64,000 nucleotides of DNA from NCBI GenBank assembly GCA_963760795.1, contig CAVXEP010000035.1, positions 32,001 to 96,000 on the forward strand. The letters are read 5' to 3'. Each line of letters opens with the position of its first letter. Positions within the stretch are counted from its first letter, which is position 1. The DNA is from an uncultured delta proteobacterium (GTDB lineage: Bacteria; Desulfobacterota; Binatia; UBA9968). The notes beneath the pieces are model-generated. The model ran no database searches. It saw nothing but the letters and a program-made list of their open reading frames with translations, and was not told the DNA's origin. Shown in pieces: positions 55,562-64,000 of the stretch. Both the position numbers and the translations under genes were made by a program.

Positions 55562-56626
55562 ATGGCGCATTCCTTCCCGAGTTCATCCACACCTGCAGCT
55601 CTGGGCTACGCTATGCCAGCCGAATGGGCTGCGCATCGCGCCACTTGGCTCTCTTGGCCGGATAATTTAGAAACTTGGCCGACCTACTTGGAAAAAGTTC
55701 GGGAGATTTGGCTGCGGATGGTCGCGGCGCTGTCACCCCATGAGCAGGTGTTTTTGCTGGTCAATGATGCCACGGTCAAACAGGAAGTGACGGCACGACT
55801 GAACGGCGCCAAAGCGGCGATCGCCAACGTGACGCTGCTGGCGATCCCGACGGTCGATGTCTGGATGCGCGATTACGGACCGACGTTTGTTACCCGGAAT
55901 TCAGCGGAGCGGCCGTTGGCGTGCAACGATTGGATCTTCAACGGCTGGGGCGGCAAGTACCCGGCCTATGATGAGGACGAGCGGGTCGCGCGTGCGATCG
56001 CGGAGCTTTTACAAGTGCCGGTGTTCGACCACAAGCTGATCCTCGAAGGCGGTTCCATCGAAGTAAACGGCGCGGGCAGCTGTCTGACCACCGAGCAGTG
56101 TTTGCTCAACCCGAATCGTAACCCAGAGTTGAGCCGCACGCAGATCGAAGAGTTTCTCAAAGCCTCGCTTGGGGTGCGCCATATCCTCTGGCTCGGCGAT
56201 GGTATCGTCGGCGACGATACCGACGGCCATATCGACGACATCGCGCGCTTCGTCAATCCGACGACCGTTGCCTGTATTACTGAGGCGAATACGCAAGACG
56301 ATAATTACCGCTGCTTGCGAGAAAACCATGAGCGCCTGCAGAGCGCGCGCGACCAGGACGGTCGGAAATTAGATATTATCTCCTTGCCCTGTCCGGCGCC
56401 GCTTTTCTCCGCCGGCGCGCGCCTGCCGGCGAGCTACGCCAATTTTTACATTGCCAATGAAGTCGTGCTCGTGCCGGTGTTCGACGATGCCAACGACAAA
56501 CTAGCCTTGGGAATATTGCAGGAGTGTTTTCCCAAGCGCAAAATAATCGCTCTGCGCTGCAATGAAGTGGTGGCCGGCTTGGGCGCGATCCACTGCGTGA
56601 CCCAGCAGGAGCCGGCGGTGCGCTGA
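55562..56626 (+). CDS. aguA: Agmatine deiminase (peptidyl-arginine deiminase family)
   Basis: MPAEW, WMRDYGP, LEGGSIEVNG, DTDGHIDD, ASYANF, GLGAIHCVTQQ. Confidence 0.95.
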   Translation: MAHSFPSSSTPAALGYAMPAEWAAHRATWLSWPDNLETWPTYLEKVREIWLRMVAALSPHEQVFLLVNDATVKQEVTARLNGAKAAIANVTLLAIPTVDVWMRDYGPTFVTRNSAERPLACNDWIFNGWGGKYPAYDEDERVARAIAELLQVPVFDHKLILEGGSIEVNGAGSCLTTEQCLLNPNRNPELSRTQIEEFLKASLGVRHILWLGDGIVGDDTDGHIDDIARFVNPTTVACITEANTQDDNYRCLRENHERLQSARDQDGRKLDIISLPCPAPLFSAGARLPASYANFYIANEVVLVPVFDDANDKLALGILQECFPKRKIIALRCNEVVAGLGAIHCVTQQEPAVR

Positions 56627-56698
56627 CCAACTTGACCGCTGCGATTTCTTTGCCAGGGCCTTGACTATTTTTCACGCTACCCTATCCTGGCCGCTGCT

Positions 56699-56911
56699 AT
56701 GGGTCAGATCATTCAACTCCAGGAGCTGCACCAAGCCCGCCGGCGCAAGTCGGAAAAGGTCAGCATGCATCAATGCCTCGAGCTTTTGGAATGGAATTTG
56801 AAAAAGAGCGTCGATGACTATTTCGCCGCGCCACGAGAAGAACGATCCATGCGCGCAACCCAAATCCGCAAGCTCAGCGAAATCCTCGAATACGCGCTGA
56901 GACTGCTCTAG
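56699..56911 (+). CDS. Small hypothetical protein
   Basis: 70 aa, helical; preceded by TTGACT-N16-TATCCT (56661-56688), suggesting a near-leaderless transcript. Confidence 0.55.
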   Translation: MGQIIQLQELHQARRRKSEKVSMHQCLELLEWNLKKSVDDYFAAPREERSMRATQIRKLSEILEYALRLL

Positions 56912-56930
56912 AGCCCCGCCACGGTTAGTC

Positions 56931-58058
56931 GTGGATTTTGCCCATCTCTTAGTTCCGCTGGTTATCTTCGTAGCCGGGTCGATAGCGCTTGGCTGGTTTT
57001 TCCTCAGCCGTTTGCGCACGTTCCTTCAGGATAAATCGGCAGATCAGTCGTTGCTGCTGATGCAGCAGCAGATCGATCAACTGCGCTCGCAGTTGAGTTC
57101 GACTCTCGATAACAATGCTCGGTCATTGCAACAGCAGTTGGGCCAAATGATCGCTCAGGTCAACGAGCGGCTGAAGGAAAACGCTCAGGTGCTCAACGAC
57201 ACTCAGCAGAGCCTGGGCGAGCGGCTCGATAACGCGGCGCGGGTGGTTGGCAGCGTGCAGAAAAGCCTCGGCGGCCTCGAAGAGGCGAATCGGCGCATCT
57301 ATGAAGTCGGCAAGGATATCTCGTCGTTGCAGGAGATCCTGCGGGCGCCCAAGCTGCGCGGCGGGCTCGGCGAATTCTTCCTCGAGGACTTGCTCGGGCA
57401 GATTCTGCCGCCGCAACATTTCTCGATCCAGCATGGCTTTCGCAGCGGTGAGAAAGTCGACGCGGTGATCAAGCTGGGCGCCTCCCTGGTGCCGGTGGAC
57501 GCGAAGTTCCCCTTGGAAAATTTCAAACGCTTGCTGGAGGCGACGAGCGACGATGAGCGCAGCCGAGCCAAGAGACAATTCACGGCCGATGTGCGTAGGC
57601 ATATTGACGCCATCGCGGCTAAGTATATTCTTCCCGATGAGGGGACCTACGATTTTGCGCTAATGTATATTCCGGCGGAAAATGTTTACTACGAAACGGT
57701 CATCAAGGACGAAGCCGCCGACGAGCGCAATCTGTGCCAGTATGCCATGAGTAAAAGGGTGATTCCGGTATCGCCCAATAGTTTCTACGCCTACTTGCAG
57801 GCCATCGTCTTGGGTCTCAAAGGCATGCGCATCGAAGATCGCACCAAAGAAATAATTGAGTACTTGGGCCGGCTGCAGGGAGACTTCACCAAGTTTCGCG
57901 ACGAATTCGTCGTCCTCGGCAAACACATAAACCATGCCCAGTCGAGTTATCAGAGCGCCGACAAGCGGCTCGAACAGTTCAGCCAGAAATTTTTCGCCGC
58001 GGAGTCGGCGCAGAGCGAGCTATTTGAAGCTAGCACCACCGGCGCTAAGACCGACTAA
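56931..58058 (+). CDS. rmuC: DNA recombination protein RmuC
   Basis: TM plus coiled coil, PKLRGGLGE, VDAVI..VPVDAKFP, KYILP..GTYDFALMYIPAE, VSPN. Confidence 0.92.
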   Translation: MDFAHLLVPLVIFVAGSIALGWFFLSRLRTFLQDKSADQSLLLMQQQIDQLRSQLSSTLDNNARSLQQQLGQMIAQVNERLKENAQVLNDTQQSLGERLDNAARVVGSVQKSLGGLEEANRRIYEVGKDISSLQEILRAPKLRGGLGEFFLEDLLGQILPPQHFSIQHGFRSGEKVDAVIKLGASLVPVDAKFPLENFKRLLEATSDDERSRAKRQFTADVRRHIDAIAAKYILPDEGTYDFALMYIPAENVYYETVIKDEAADERNLCQYAMSKRVIPVSPNSFYAYLQAIVLGLKGMRIEDRTKEIIEYLGRLQGDFTKFRDEFVVLGKHINHAQSSYQSADKRLEQFSQKFFAAESAQSELFEASTTGAKTD

Positions 58059-58067
58059 CGAACCGCC

Positions 58068-59513
58068 ATGCATTTGAGTTTGTTTTCCCGTCTGACGGTC
58101 GGCTATCTGGCGATCTTTGCGATCGTCGCGGCGGCGAGCACCTACGCGATCGTCGAGCTGACCGTTTTCGGCAACCAGGCCGAGTCGATCCTGCGGATCG
58201 ACAATCGCGTGCTCGACCATGAAAAGTTTCTCACCGATCTGTTGCTGGCGCAGAGCCGGGCGGAGCAGAAGTATGTCATTAGCCGCGACGAGGCCTGGTA
58301 TCTGCAATTCGTGCGTTTGAAGATCGATTTCGAAGCCCGTGCCGAGAGCGCGGCGTCGGTCGCGGACGTTTTGGCCAAACCGATTTTGTTACGGGTACGA
58401 AATAACCATCGGCGTTACGTGGATTTGCTCGACCGCGAGGCGCGCCTGGTGCGTACCAGAAAAGAATATCCGCAAGCGCAGTTCAAGCAGGACAAAGATA
58501 ATCTGGTCGACGCCATGTTGGACGAGCTGGAGCGCTTGCGCGCCAATCAGCAGGTGGCGACCTACGCCAAGGTCAAAGATTTGGCCGCGGCGGCGGCGCA
58601 AGCTCGGGAGGCCTCGTTGTCGATTACCGCGGGTTGTCTGTTGATGATCGTTCTGATGTCTTTGTTGATCACCAAGAGCATTACCCGGCCACTAGCGGCG
58701 CTCAAAGCGAAGACTCAAGAAATTGCCCGCGGCAATTTCGATAATCCCGTTCAGGTCAAGTCGCCTCAGGAGATTGGCGAACTGGCGGTGGCGCTCAATT
58801 CGATGAGTGAGCGGCTGAAAGAGCTCGACCATATGAAGGCGGATTTTTTTGCAGCCATGTCCCATGAGCTGCGCACGCCTTTGACCTCGATCAAAGAGGG
58901 CACCGGGCTTTTGCTCGACGGTGTCGGCGGGGCGACCACCGAGAAACAGCAAAAATTGCTCGGTATCATCGCCGAGGAAAGCAACCGTCTGATCAGCCTG
59001 GTCAATACTTTCCTCGATCTGGCGAAAATGGAAGCCGGCATGATGCGTTACGAGTTCGAGATGAGCCCCATCGATCCCTTGATCAAACGCGCGGTCGCGG
59101 AAATTACGCCGTTAGTGGAAGCCAAGCAGATTCATTTTGAAAGCGCGCTGGATGGGCCGATGCCGGCGCTGCGGCTCGATCCCGAGAGGATGTTACAAGT
59201 GCTGCGCAACCTGATGGGCAATGCCGTCAAGTTCACGCCCACAGGCGGGCAAGTGTCGATCGCGGTTAAACGCCGCGATGGCATCCTGGAAGTTTCTGTG
59301 AAAGACTCCGGTCCGGGCATCCCAGCGGAGAGTCTCGAATCGATCTTCGAAAAATTCAGCCAAGGTAGCCACGCCGGCGCGAATCACCGTCAAGGCACAG
59401 GACTGGGTTTGGCGATAGCCAAAAATATAATTTCATCGCATGGTGGAAACATATGGGCGGAAAGCCAATCGGGCAGTGGCAGCAAATTTGTATTTGTTTT
59501 GCCCTGCTGCTAA
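58068..59513 (+). CDS. HAMP sensor histidine kinase (GlrK/QseE-like)
   Basis: Two TM, HAMP, MSHELRTPLTSIKEG..LL.DG, NLMGNAVKFT, DSGPGI, GTGLGLAI. Confidence 0.93.
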   Translation: MHLSLFSRLTVGYLAIFAIVAAASTYAIVELTVFGNQAESILRIDNRVLDHEKFLTDLLLAQSRAEQKYVISRDEAWYLQFVRLKIDFEARAESAASVADVLAKPILLRVRNNHRRYVDLLDREARLVRTRKEYPQAQFKQDKDNLVDAMLDELERLRANQQVATYAKVKDLAAAAAQAREASLSITAGCLLMIVLMSLLITKSITRPLAALKAKTQEIARGNFDNPVQVKSPQEIGELAVALNSMSERLKELDHMKADFFAAMSHELRTPLTSIKEGTGLLLDGVGGATTEKQQKLLGIIAEESNRLISLVNTFLDLAKMEAGMMRYEFEMSPIDPLIKRAVAEITPLVEAKQIHFESALDGPMPALRLDPERMLQVLRNLMGNAVKFTPTGGQVSIAVKRRDGILEVSVKDSGPGIPAESLESIFEKFSQGSHAGANHRQGTGLGLAIAKNIISSHGGNIWAESQSGSGSKFVFVLPCC

Positions 59514-60061
59514 TCGTTACGGGCTGCGGTCTGTTTCCGGAATCGAATCGGCGCTGGGAGTTGCGAGAAGCGTTGACCCAAGGGCATCAGTTGCTCGCCC
59601 GCGGCGACTTCGACGGTTCGCTCGAGGCCTTTAAAAACGTTATCGTCATCGCGAAAGATCAGCCGCCGGCGGATTCGGCGAACTACTATATCGGCGTCCT
59701 GTACGCGCACCAGCAGAATCCACGAAAGGACCGGCAGAAGGCGGTCGGTTCATTCGAGCGTGTGGTGACGCGTTATCCCGAGAGCCCATTGGTCGAACCG
59801 GCCAAGGCCTGGATCGGCGCCCTCAACGAAATCGACGCGACAAAGCAGGAAATTGAGCGAACAAAACTCGAGGTTGAGAAGTCTAAGCAGGAAATTGAAA
59901 AGTCTCGGCTCGCCGCCGACCGGACCAAACAAGAGATCGAAAAGTCCCGCGTGGAACTCGAAAGATACCGGCAAGAAATCGAAAAGATCAAACAGGAGAT
60001 CGAAAAATCCAAGCAAGTGGATATTGAGATCGAGAAAAAGCGGCGAGTGCGGGGCAGATGA
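59453..60061 (+). CDS. TPR/BamD-like lipoprotein with heptad-repeat tail (QseG-like accessory)
   Basis: Lipobox VTG-C; YYIGVLYA..NP..D..KA...F..V...YPESP; repeated KQEIEKS heptads; ends QVDIEIEKKRR; between kinase and regulator genes. Confidence 0.75.
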   Translation: MGGKPIGQWQQICICFALLLIVTGCGLFPESNRRWELREALTQGHQLLARGDFDGSLEAFKNVIVIAKDQPPADSANYYIGVLYAHQQNPRKDRQKAVGSFERVVTRYPESPLVEPAKAWIGALNEIDATKQEIERTKLEVEKSKQEIEKSRLAADRTKQEIEKSRVELERYRQEIEKIKQEIEKSKQVDIEIEKKRRVRGR

Positions 60062-60068
60062 GGATTCC

Positions 60069-61496
60069 ATGATCAAAGGCAAAATTTTAGTCGTCGACGA
60101 TAATTCGAATCTTCTTGAGCTGATCAGAATGCGACTCGAAGCCGCGGACTATGAGGTCACGGCAATGACCGATGAGGATAAGGCGCTCAGCGTATTCAAA
60201 GACAAGGCCTTCGACCTTTGCGTCGTCGATCTGATGCTGGCGCAAAGCGATGGTTTGACTTTGATGGAGCAGTTCAGGCTGATTCATCCGGATATTCCGA
60301 CGATTATTTTGACCGCCCATGGCAGCATCGAAAACGCCGTCGAGGCGATGCGCCGTGGCGCCTACAGTTATTTGACCAAACCCTTCGAGCCGACCGATTT
60401 GTTGTTACAGATCCAGCGGGCGTTGGAAAACCGCAATCTGAACTCCGAGATCAAGCGGTTGAAGGACATGCTCCACGAGCGTTTCGATTTTACCAATATT
60501 ATCGCGCGCAGCGGTAAGATGCGCGCGATCCTCGATGTGGTCACGCGCATCGCCAAGCTCGACTCGACGGTCTACATTCACGGCGAAAGCGGCACGGGTA
60601 AGGAACTGGTCGCCAAGGCGATCCATCTCGCCAGCGACCGCAAGGACACGACGTTTGTCGCGCTCAACTGCGCCGCGCTGCCGGAAACGCTCTTGGAAAG
60701 CGAATTATTCGGCCATGAAAAGGGTGCCTTCACCGGCGCAGTGCGAAGCACCAAGGGATTGTTTACCCAGGCCCATGGGGGAACGCTCTTTTTGGACGAG
60801 ATCGGTGACATGCCGCTGGCGACCCAATCCAAGCTGCTGCGCGCCCTGCAAGAACGGCAATTCTACCCAGTAGGCAGCGAGGCCCCCGTGGAGGTTGATG
60901 TGCGGGTAATCGTCGCTACCAACAAAGATTTGGCCGAGCAGGTAAAAAAAGGTCTATTTCGCGACGACCTATATTATCGCATTCACGTCATCCCGATTTA
61001 TCTGCCGCCTTTGCGCGAACGGAAAGAAGACATTCTGCCGCTGGCCGAGCACTTCTTGAAAACATTTAGCCAGCAGATGAAACGCGACGTGAAAGGTCTT
61101 ACTCCGGAAGCGGTGCGCCGGCTTACGCTGCATGAGTGGCCCGGTAACGTGCGTGAGTTGGAGAATACGATCGAGTATGCGGTGGCGATGACCCAAAAGG
61201 ACATGGTCACCGAGGATTACGTCATTCAGGGCAAGCAATCGCCGACGGAACGGGTTGGCGGGTTGCCCATGGAACGTCACGGTGGGATGAGCGCCGACGC
61301 GCTCAGATCGCTCAAGGATGCGCGGGATGCCTTCGAGCGCGACTACCTGGTGCAAGTCCTGTCCATGACCGAGGGCAATGTCAGCCAAGCCGCCAAGCTG
61401 GCGGGCAAATATCGCGCCGATTTCTATGACCTTCTGAAAAAGCACGATCTCAAAGTTGACGAGTTCAAGCGCGCCAAACCTTCATATCAGCATTAG
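60069..61496 (+). CDS. Sigma54-dependent response regulator (GlrR/QseF-like)
   Basis: Start ATG 60069; REC (VVDD, VDLML, LTAHGSI, YLTKPF), GESGTGKE, GAFTGA, FLDEIGDMPL, GNVSQAAKLAG.YRADFY.LL.KH tail typical of GlrR. Confidence 0.93.
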   Translation: MIKGKILVVDDNSNLLELIRMRLEAADYEVTAMTDEDKALSVFKDKAFDLCVVDLMLAQSDGLTLMEQFRLIHPDIPTIILTAHGSIENAVEAMRRGAYSYLTKPFEPTDLLLQIQRALENRNLNSEIKRLKDMLHERFDFTNIIARSGKMRAILDVVTRIAKLDSTVYIHGESGTGKELVAKAIHLASDRKDTTFVALNCAALPETLLESELFGHEKGAFTGAVRSTKGLFTQAHGGTLFLDEIGDMPLATQSKLLRALQERQFYPVGSEAPVEVDVRVIVATNKDLAEQVKKGLFRDDLYYRIHVIPIYLPPLRERKEDILPLAEHFLKTFSQQMKRDVKGLTPEAVRRLTLHEWPGNVRELENTIEYAVAMTQKDMVTEDYVIQGKQSPTERVGGLPMERHGGMSADALRSLKDARDAFERDYLVQVLSMTEGNVSQAAKLAGKYRADFYDLLKKHDLKVDEFKRAKPSYQH

Positions 61497-61676
61497 TTTA
61501 ATCGGTCTTGGCTGTGATCGATTTGGTTCAGGAGCGCCGCTGGGCGATCGTTAAATCTCGCCATCACGCCCGACCACGGTCCAAGCCCACTTGCGTGAGT
61601 GGGAAGCTCCGTTGACGCGAGCAACCCAGGCAAGTCGAAAAAATAGTTATTTACGTTGGTTTACCCTGGTGCTGTG

Positions 61677-61793
61677 GGGACTGCGAGTGTCGTCGTGGTC
61701 GGCACCCCTATCAAGGCGGGAATAGGGATGGGAAGGGCGGTTTCAGGTCTCTGAGCCGGAGGTGGTGCCGGTCATTGCTAATCGCGTGGGTCC
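61677..61793 (+). ncRNA. Candidate structured RNA
   Basis: Stem GTGGTCGGCACC / GGTGCCGGTCAT encloses hairpins CCTAT..ATAGG and CGGTTTCAG..CTGAGCCG; G-U pairs favour the plus strand; outer GCGA/TCGC and GGAC/GTCC pairing. Confidence 0.35.
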
Positions 61794-62050
61794 GGACTGG
61801 GACCAGTAGTGCCGAGAACCAGTAATTTAGCTCAGTTTCTCCTATCGAACAAATTTATCGGAAACTGGGTCGATTTCGATAGGAAAATCCATGACTACGC
61901 GAGCAGTCCGAGAAAAGGTGGCGCATTCGATGGCATGTATAAGCCCATTTACCTTCAGTAGTGTATGAAAAACCATTCTCAGCTATGTACTGGTTGGCAG
62001 CAAAGAAGTGAAAACGCTGTGATTTTAAATGCTTAGGATTTTTCTGTAGG

Positions 62051-62066
62051 TGGTACGGAATTTGAT
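62051..62066 (+). promoter_or_regulatory. Possible sigma54 promoter (variant -12) for the OmpA gene
   Basis: TGGTACGGAATTTGAT (GG-N10-GA), preceded by an AT-rich IHF-like tract and TGTA motifs at 61936, 61962 and 61986. Confidence 0.4.
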
Positions 62067-62162
62067 TATAGCTAACTGACAGTAGATGCATAGGAAACTC
62101 AATTTGCAAATAGAGTGGCGGGCAAAATGAATAATCGTCACCAACAAACAGGAGGAATTGCT

Positions 62163-62945
62163 ATGAAAAGTATCGCTAGTAAATATTTTATCGGGGCAGG
62201 TGTTAGCGCAGCATTGCTGATGGGCCAGGGGTGTTTGGCGACTCGCGATTGGGTTCGTGAGAATGTCAGCGATCCGCTGTCTGGGCGAATCACCAAGAAC
62301 TCTCAACGTTTGGATGGCCATGATGGTCAGATCGGCACTCTCGGCACCCGCATGACCGGTGTCGAAGGCAAGCTTGGCCAATTCGACGGCCGTCTCGGCC
62401 AGGTCGAAGGCAAGATCGGTCAGGTCGATGCCAAAGCCGACAAAGCGCTCAGCGCTATCGCCAATTTACGTTTGGAGCGCAAGATCGTCATCGATTTGAA
62501 GGATGGCGTAAACTTCGGTTCCAACTCGGCCAGTTTGCCGCCACAAGCGCAGCGTGAGATCGATGGTTTTCTGAGCGATCTCAAAGGCGATGTTGCCGGT
62601 GCGGACGGGACGGTTTTCCTGGTTGCAGGGCATACCGACAGCGTTGGTAGCGAAGATCTTAATTATGAGCTCGGCAAGAAGCGTGCGGACGCGGTAAGCC
62701 GTTACCTGATCACCAAGAAGAGCATGGACCCGATGAAGGTGATCCCGATTTCTTACGGCCAGAGTGCTCCGGTAGCTGAGAATACCAACAACCAAGGCAG
62801 ATCTAAAAACCGCCGGGTTGAAATCCTAGTTTACCGCGAAGGCATCACCTCGCAGGCGGCCGAAGCTCCGGCGCCGCAGCAGCCAGCCGCGCCGCGCTCG
62901 TCGCAGACGACCCAGCCGGACGGTGAGAGAGTCACACAGCGCTAA
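62163..62945 (+). CDS. OmpA family lipoprotein with coiled-coil (alanine-zipper-like) stalk
   Basis: Start ATG 62163 (AGGAGG RBS); lipobox GQG-C; heptads GQ(V/F)(E/D)G(K/R)L; GHTDSVGS, NYELGKKRA, NRRVEI. Confidence 0.92.
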   Translation: MKSIASKYFIGAGVSAALLMGQGCLATRDWVRENVSDPLSGRITKNSQRLDGHDGQIGTLGTRMTGVEGKLGQFDGRLGQVEGKIGQVDAKADKALSAIANLRLERKIVIDLKDGVNFGSNSASLPPQAQREIDGFLSDLKGDVAGADGTVFLVAGHTDSVGSEDLNYELGKKRADAVSRYLITKKSMDPMKVIPISYGQSAPVAENTNNQGRSKNRRVEILVYREGITSQAAEAPAPQQPAAPRSSQTTQPDGERVTQR

Positions 62946-62975
62946 TTTCATTGTAAGAGAGTAACGGGGGCAGCG

Positions 62976-63010
62976 AAAAAAGGCGGAGTCATATGACTCC
63001 GCCTTTTTTT
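62976..63010. terminator. Bidirectional intrinsic terminator
   Basis: AAAAAAGGCGGAGTC-ATAT-GACTCCGCCTTTTTTT between convergent genes. Confidence 0.88.
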
Positions 63011-63240
63011 ATGGATGCGGGCTTTAGCTTCGGTCATCCGCAGTTGAAGAAATTGAGCCTGCGAGCGCGGCGCAATCGTACCGTTGCGAAGACCATGGTG
63101 ACTGCCTCATCGCTGCGCGACCCGTGTATTGACTTGGCCAGTGCCAATAAGGCTTTTAAAGGGCACTCCTTGGGTGTCTTCACAACTCCAGGCTTGCACC
63201 TTGCCGGAGCCTCGATGCTGTAGAACCGCGAAATCCGGGT

Positions 63241-64000
63241 TTAACCATACAATTTGTCGATGTAACCGCTGTCGTCCAACTCGCGCACGAAGTGGGTATT
63301 CCATAGCGCCAGCGGATTATAGGCGGCGATCTCGGGATTGCGGCGCACGGCGAGCTGAAAGACGTTGGCAATGCCTTCGAGGGACGGATAGGGCTTTTTC
63401 TCCAAAGACTGCGCCCATTCGTCATAAAGCGTTTCGACTTCCTGGTCGGTTTCGAGCTTGAGGATCGGCGTGGCGTGTTCCTTAAGAATCTCCAAAGTCT
63501 CCGCTTTGCGGGTGATGAAAAAGTGGATGGCGTCGACCAACCCCCGGGTCAGTAAACGAATCTCCTCGGCATGACTCTTCACGAAGCGAGAGGTGGTGGT
63601 CAGCGTGACGCCGCGGATCATCGGCATTGCCCGCGCGGTGATCACATGGGCGCCGGCTTTGGCGGCGCGGCTGTCATGGGGAATGGTAACGAAGGTGGCG
63701 TCGTATTCGCCGCTGAGGACTCGTTTCCAGCGGTCTTCTGAAGAGCCGCGTAACTCGCAGAGCTCGATATCGCCGCGGTCGACATCCAAACCCTCTTGCT
63801 TCAAAAACAGCCAGATGTTGAGACCGGCGTGGGAGTTGAGCTTGTCGGCGACGATTTTTTTGCCTCTGAGTTCCTGCACCGAGCGAATTTCCGGCCTGAC
63901 GATAAGTTTGTTTTCCGTCCAATTGTTCGTCGGTTGAGCCAGGTGGACGAAGTCTTCGCCATTTTTGGCGTTGCGCACATACAAATTATGATGATTGCCG
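63241..64000 (-). CDS. NMT1/THI5/SsuA-like binding-fold protein (5' end off the window), paralog of 3655-4566
   Basis: Reads GNHHNLYVRN...ELRGKKI...SHAGLNIWLFLKQ...ALWNTHFVRELDDSGYIDKLY. Confidence 0.85.
   Translation of the reverse strand, partial: GNHHNLYVRNAKNGEDFVHLAQPTNNWTENKLIVRPEIRSVQELRGKKIVADKLNSHAGLNIWLFLKQEGLDVDRGDIELCELRGSSEDRWKRVLSGEYDATFVTIPHDSRAAKAGAHVITARAMPMIRGVTLTTTSRFVKSHAEEIRLLTRGLVDAIHFFITRKAETLEILKEHATPILKLETDQEVETLYDEWAQSLEKKPYPSLEGIANVFQLAVRRNPEIAAYNPLALWNTHFVRELDDSGYIDKLYG

Noticed and set aside
59853-60068. N-terminal extension of the response regulator ORF
   Set aside because: It overlaps the lipoprotein gene; the REC domain begins at ATG 60069 after GAGGA.
61931-61945. 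TGGCATGTATAAGC as a sigma54 promoter
   Set aside because: GG-to-GC spacing is 9 rather than the required 10.
1-64000. Prophage, IS element, tRNA, rRNA or CRISPR array
   Set aside because: No integrase, transposase, phage structural genes, cloverleaf or regularly spaced repeats were seen.

Overview
GC-rich bacterial chromosome segment. The gene repertoire (several NMT1/SsuA-type binding proteins, several UbiD enzymes, sigma54 regulators) suggests a Deltaproteobacteria-like lineage such as Candidatus Binatia; this is inference only. I found no rRNA, tRNA, CRISPR array, integrase or transposase. The right-hand two-thirds is mostly housekeeping and envelope genes: proC, ydbH/ydbL-like, mscL, two OmpA proteins, glycerate kinase, gluQ, dksA-like, rimO, lolA, ftsK, rnj, plsC, ssb, mazG, aguB/aguA, rmuC and a GlrK-QseG-GlrR-like triad. 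The left third is the most interesting. (1) Two paralogous two-gene modules each pair a heme-oxygenase-like diiron protein (CADD/PqqC/TenA fold) with a UbiD decarboxylase; one is preceded by a binding-protein-fold protein lacking a signal peptide. (2) Between them lies a roughly 9.5 kb trans-envelope signalling island: a CHASE2 class III cyclase with non-canonical base-specificity residues, a FecR-TPR-beta-barrel receptor (NsrA/CyaK-like architecture), two paralogous secreted Cys-rich proteins and a DsbA-type oxidoreductase. Also notable are an orphan phthaloyl-CoA-decarboxylase-like UbiD, a sigma54-driven operon encoding an AurF-like diiron protein plus a flavin monooxygenase-like protein, and two candidate structured RNAs. 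Three single-base insertion frameshifts are probably sequencing errors.
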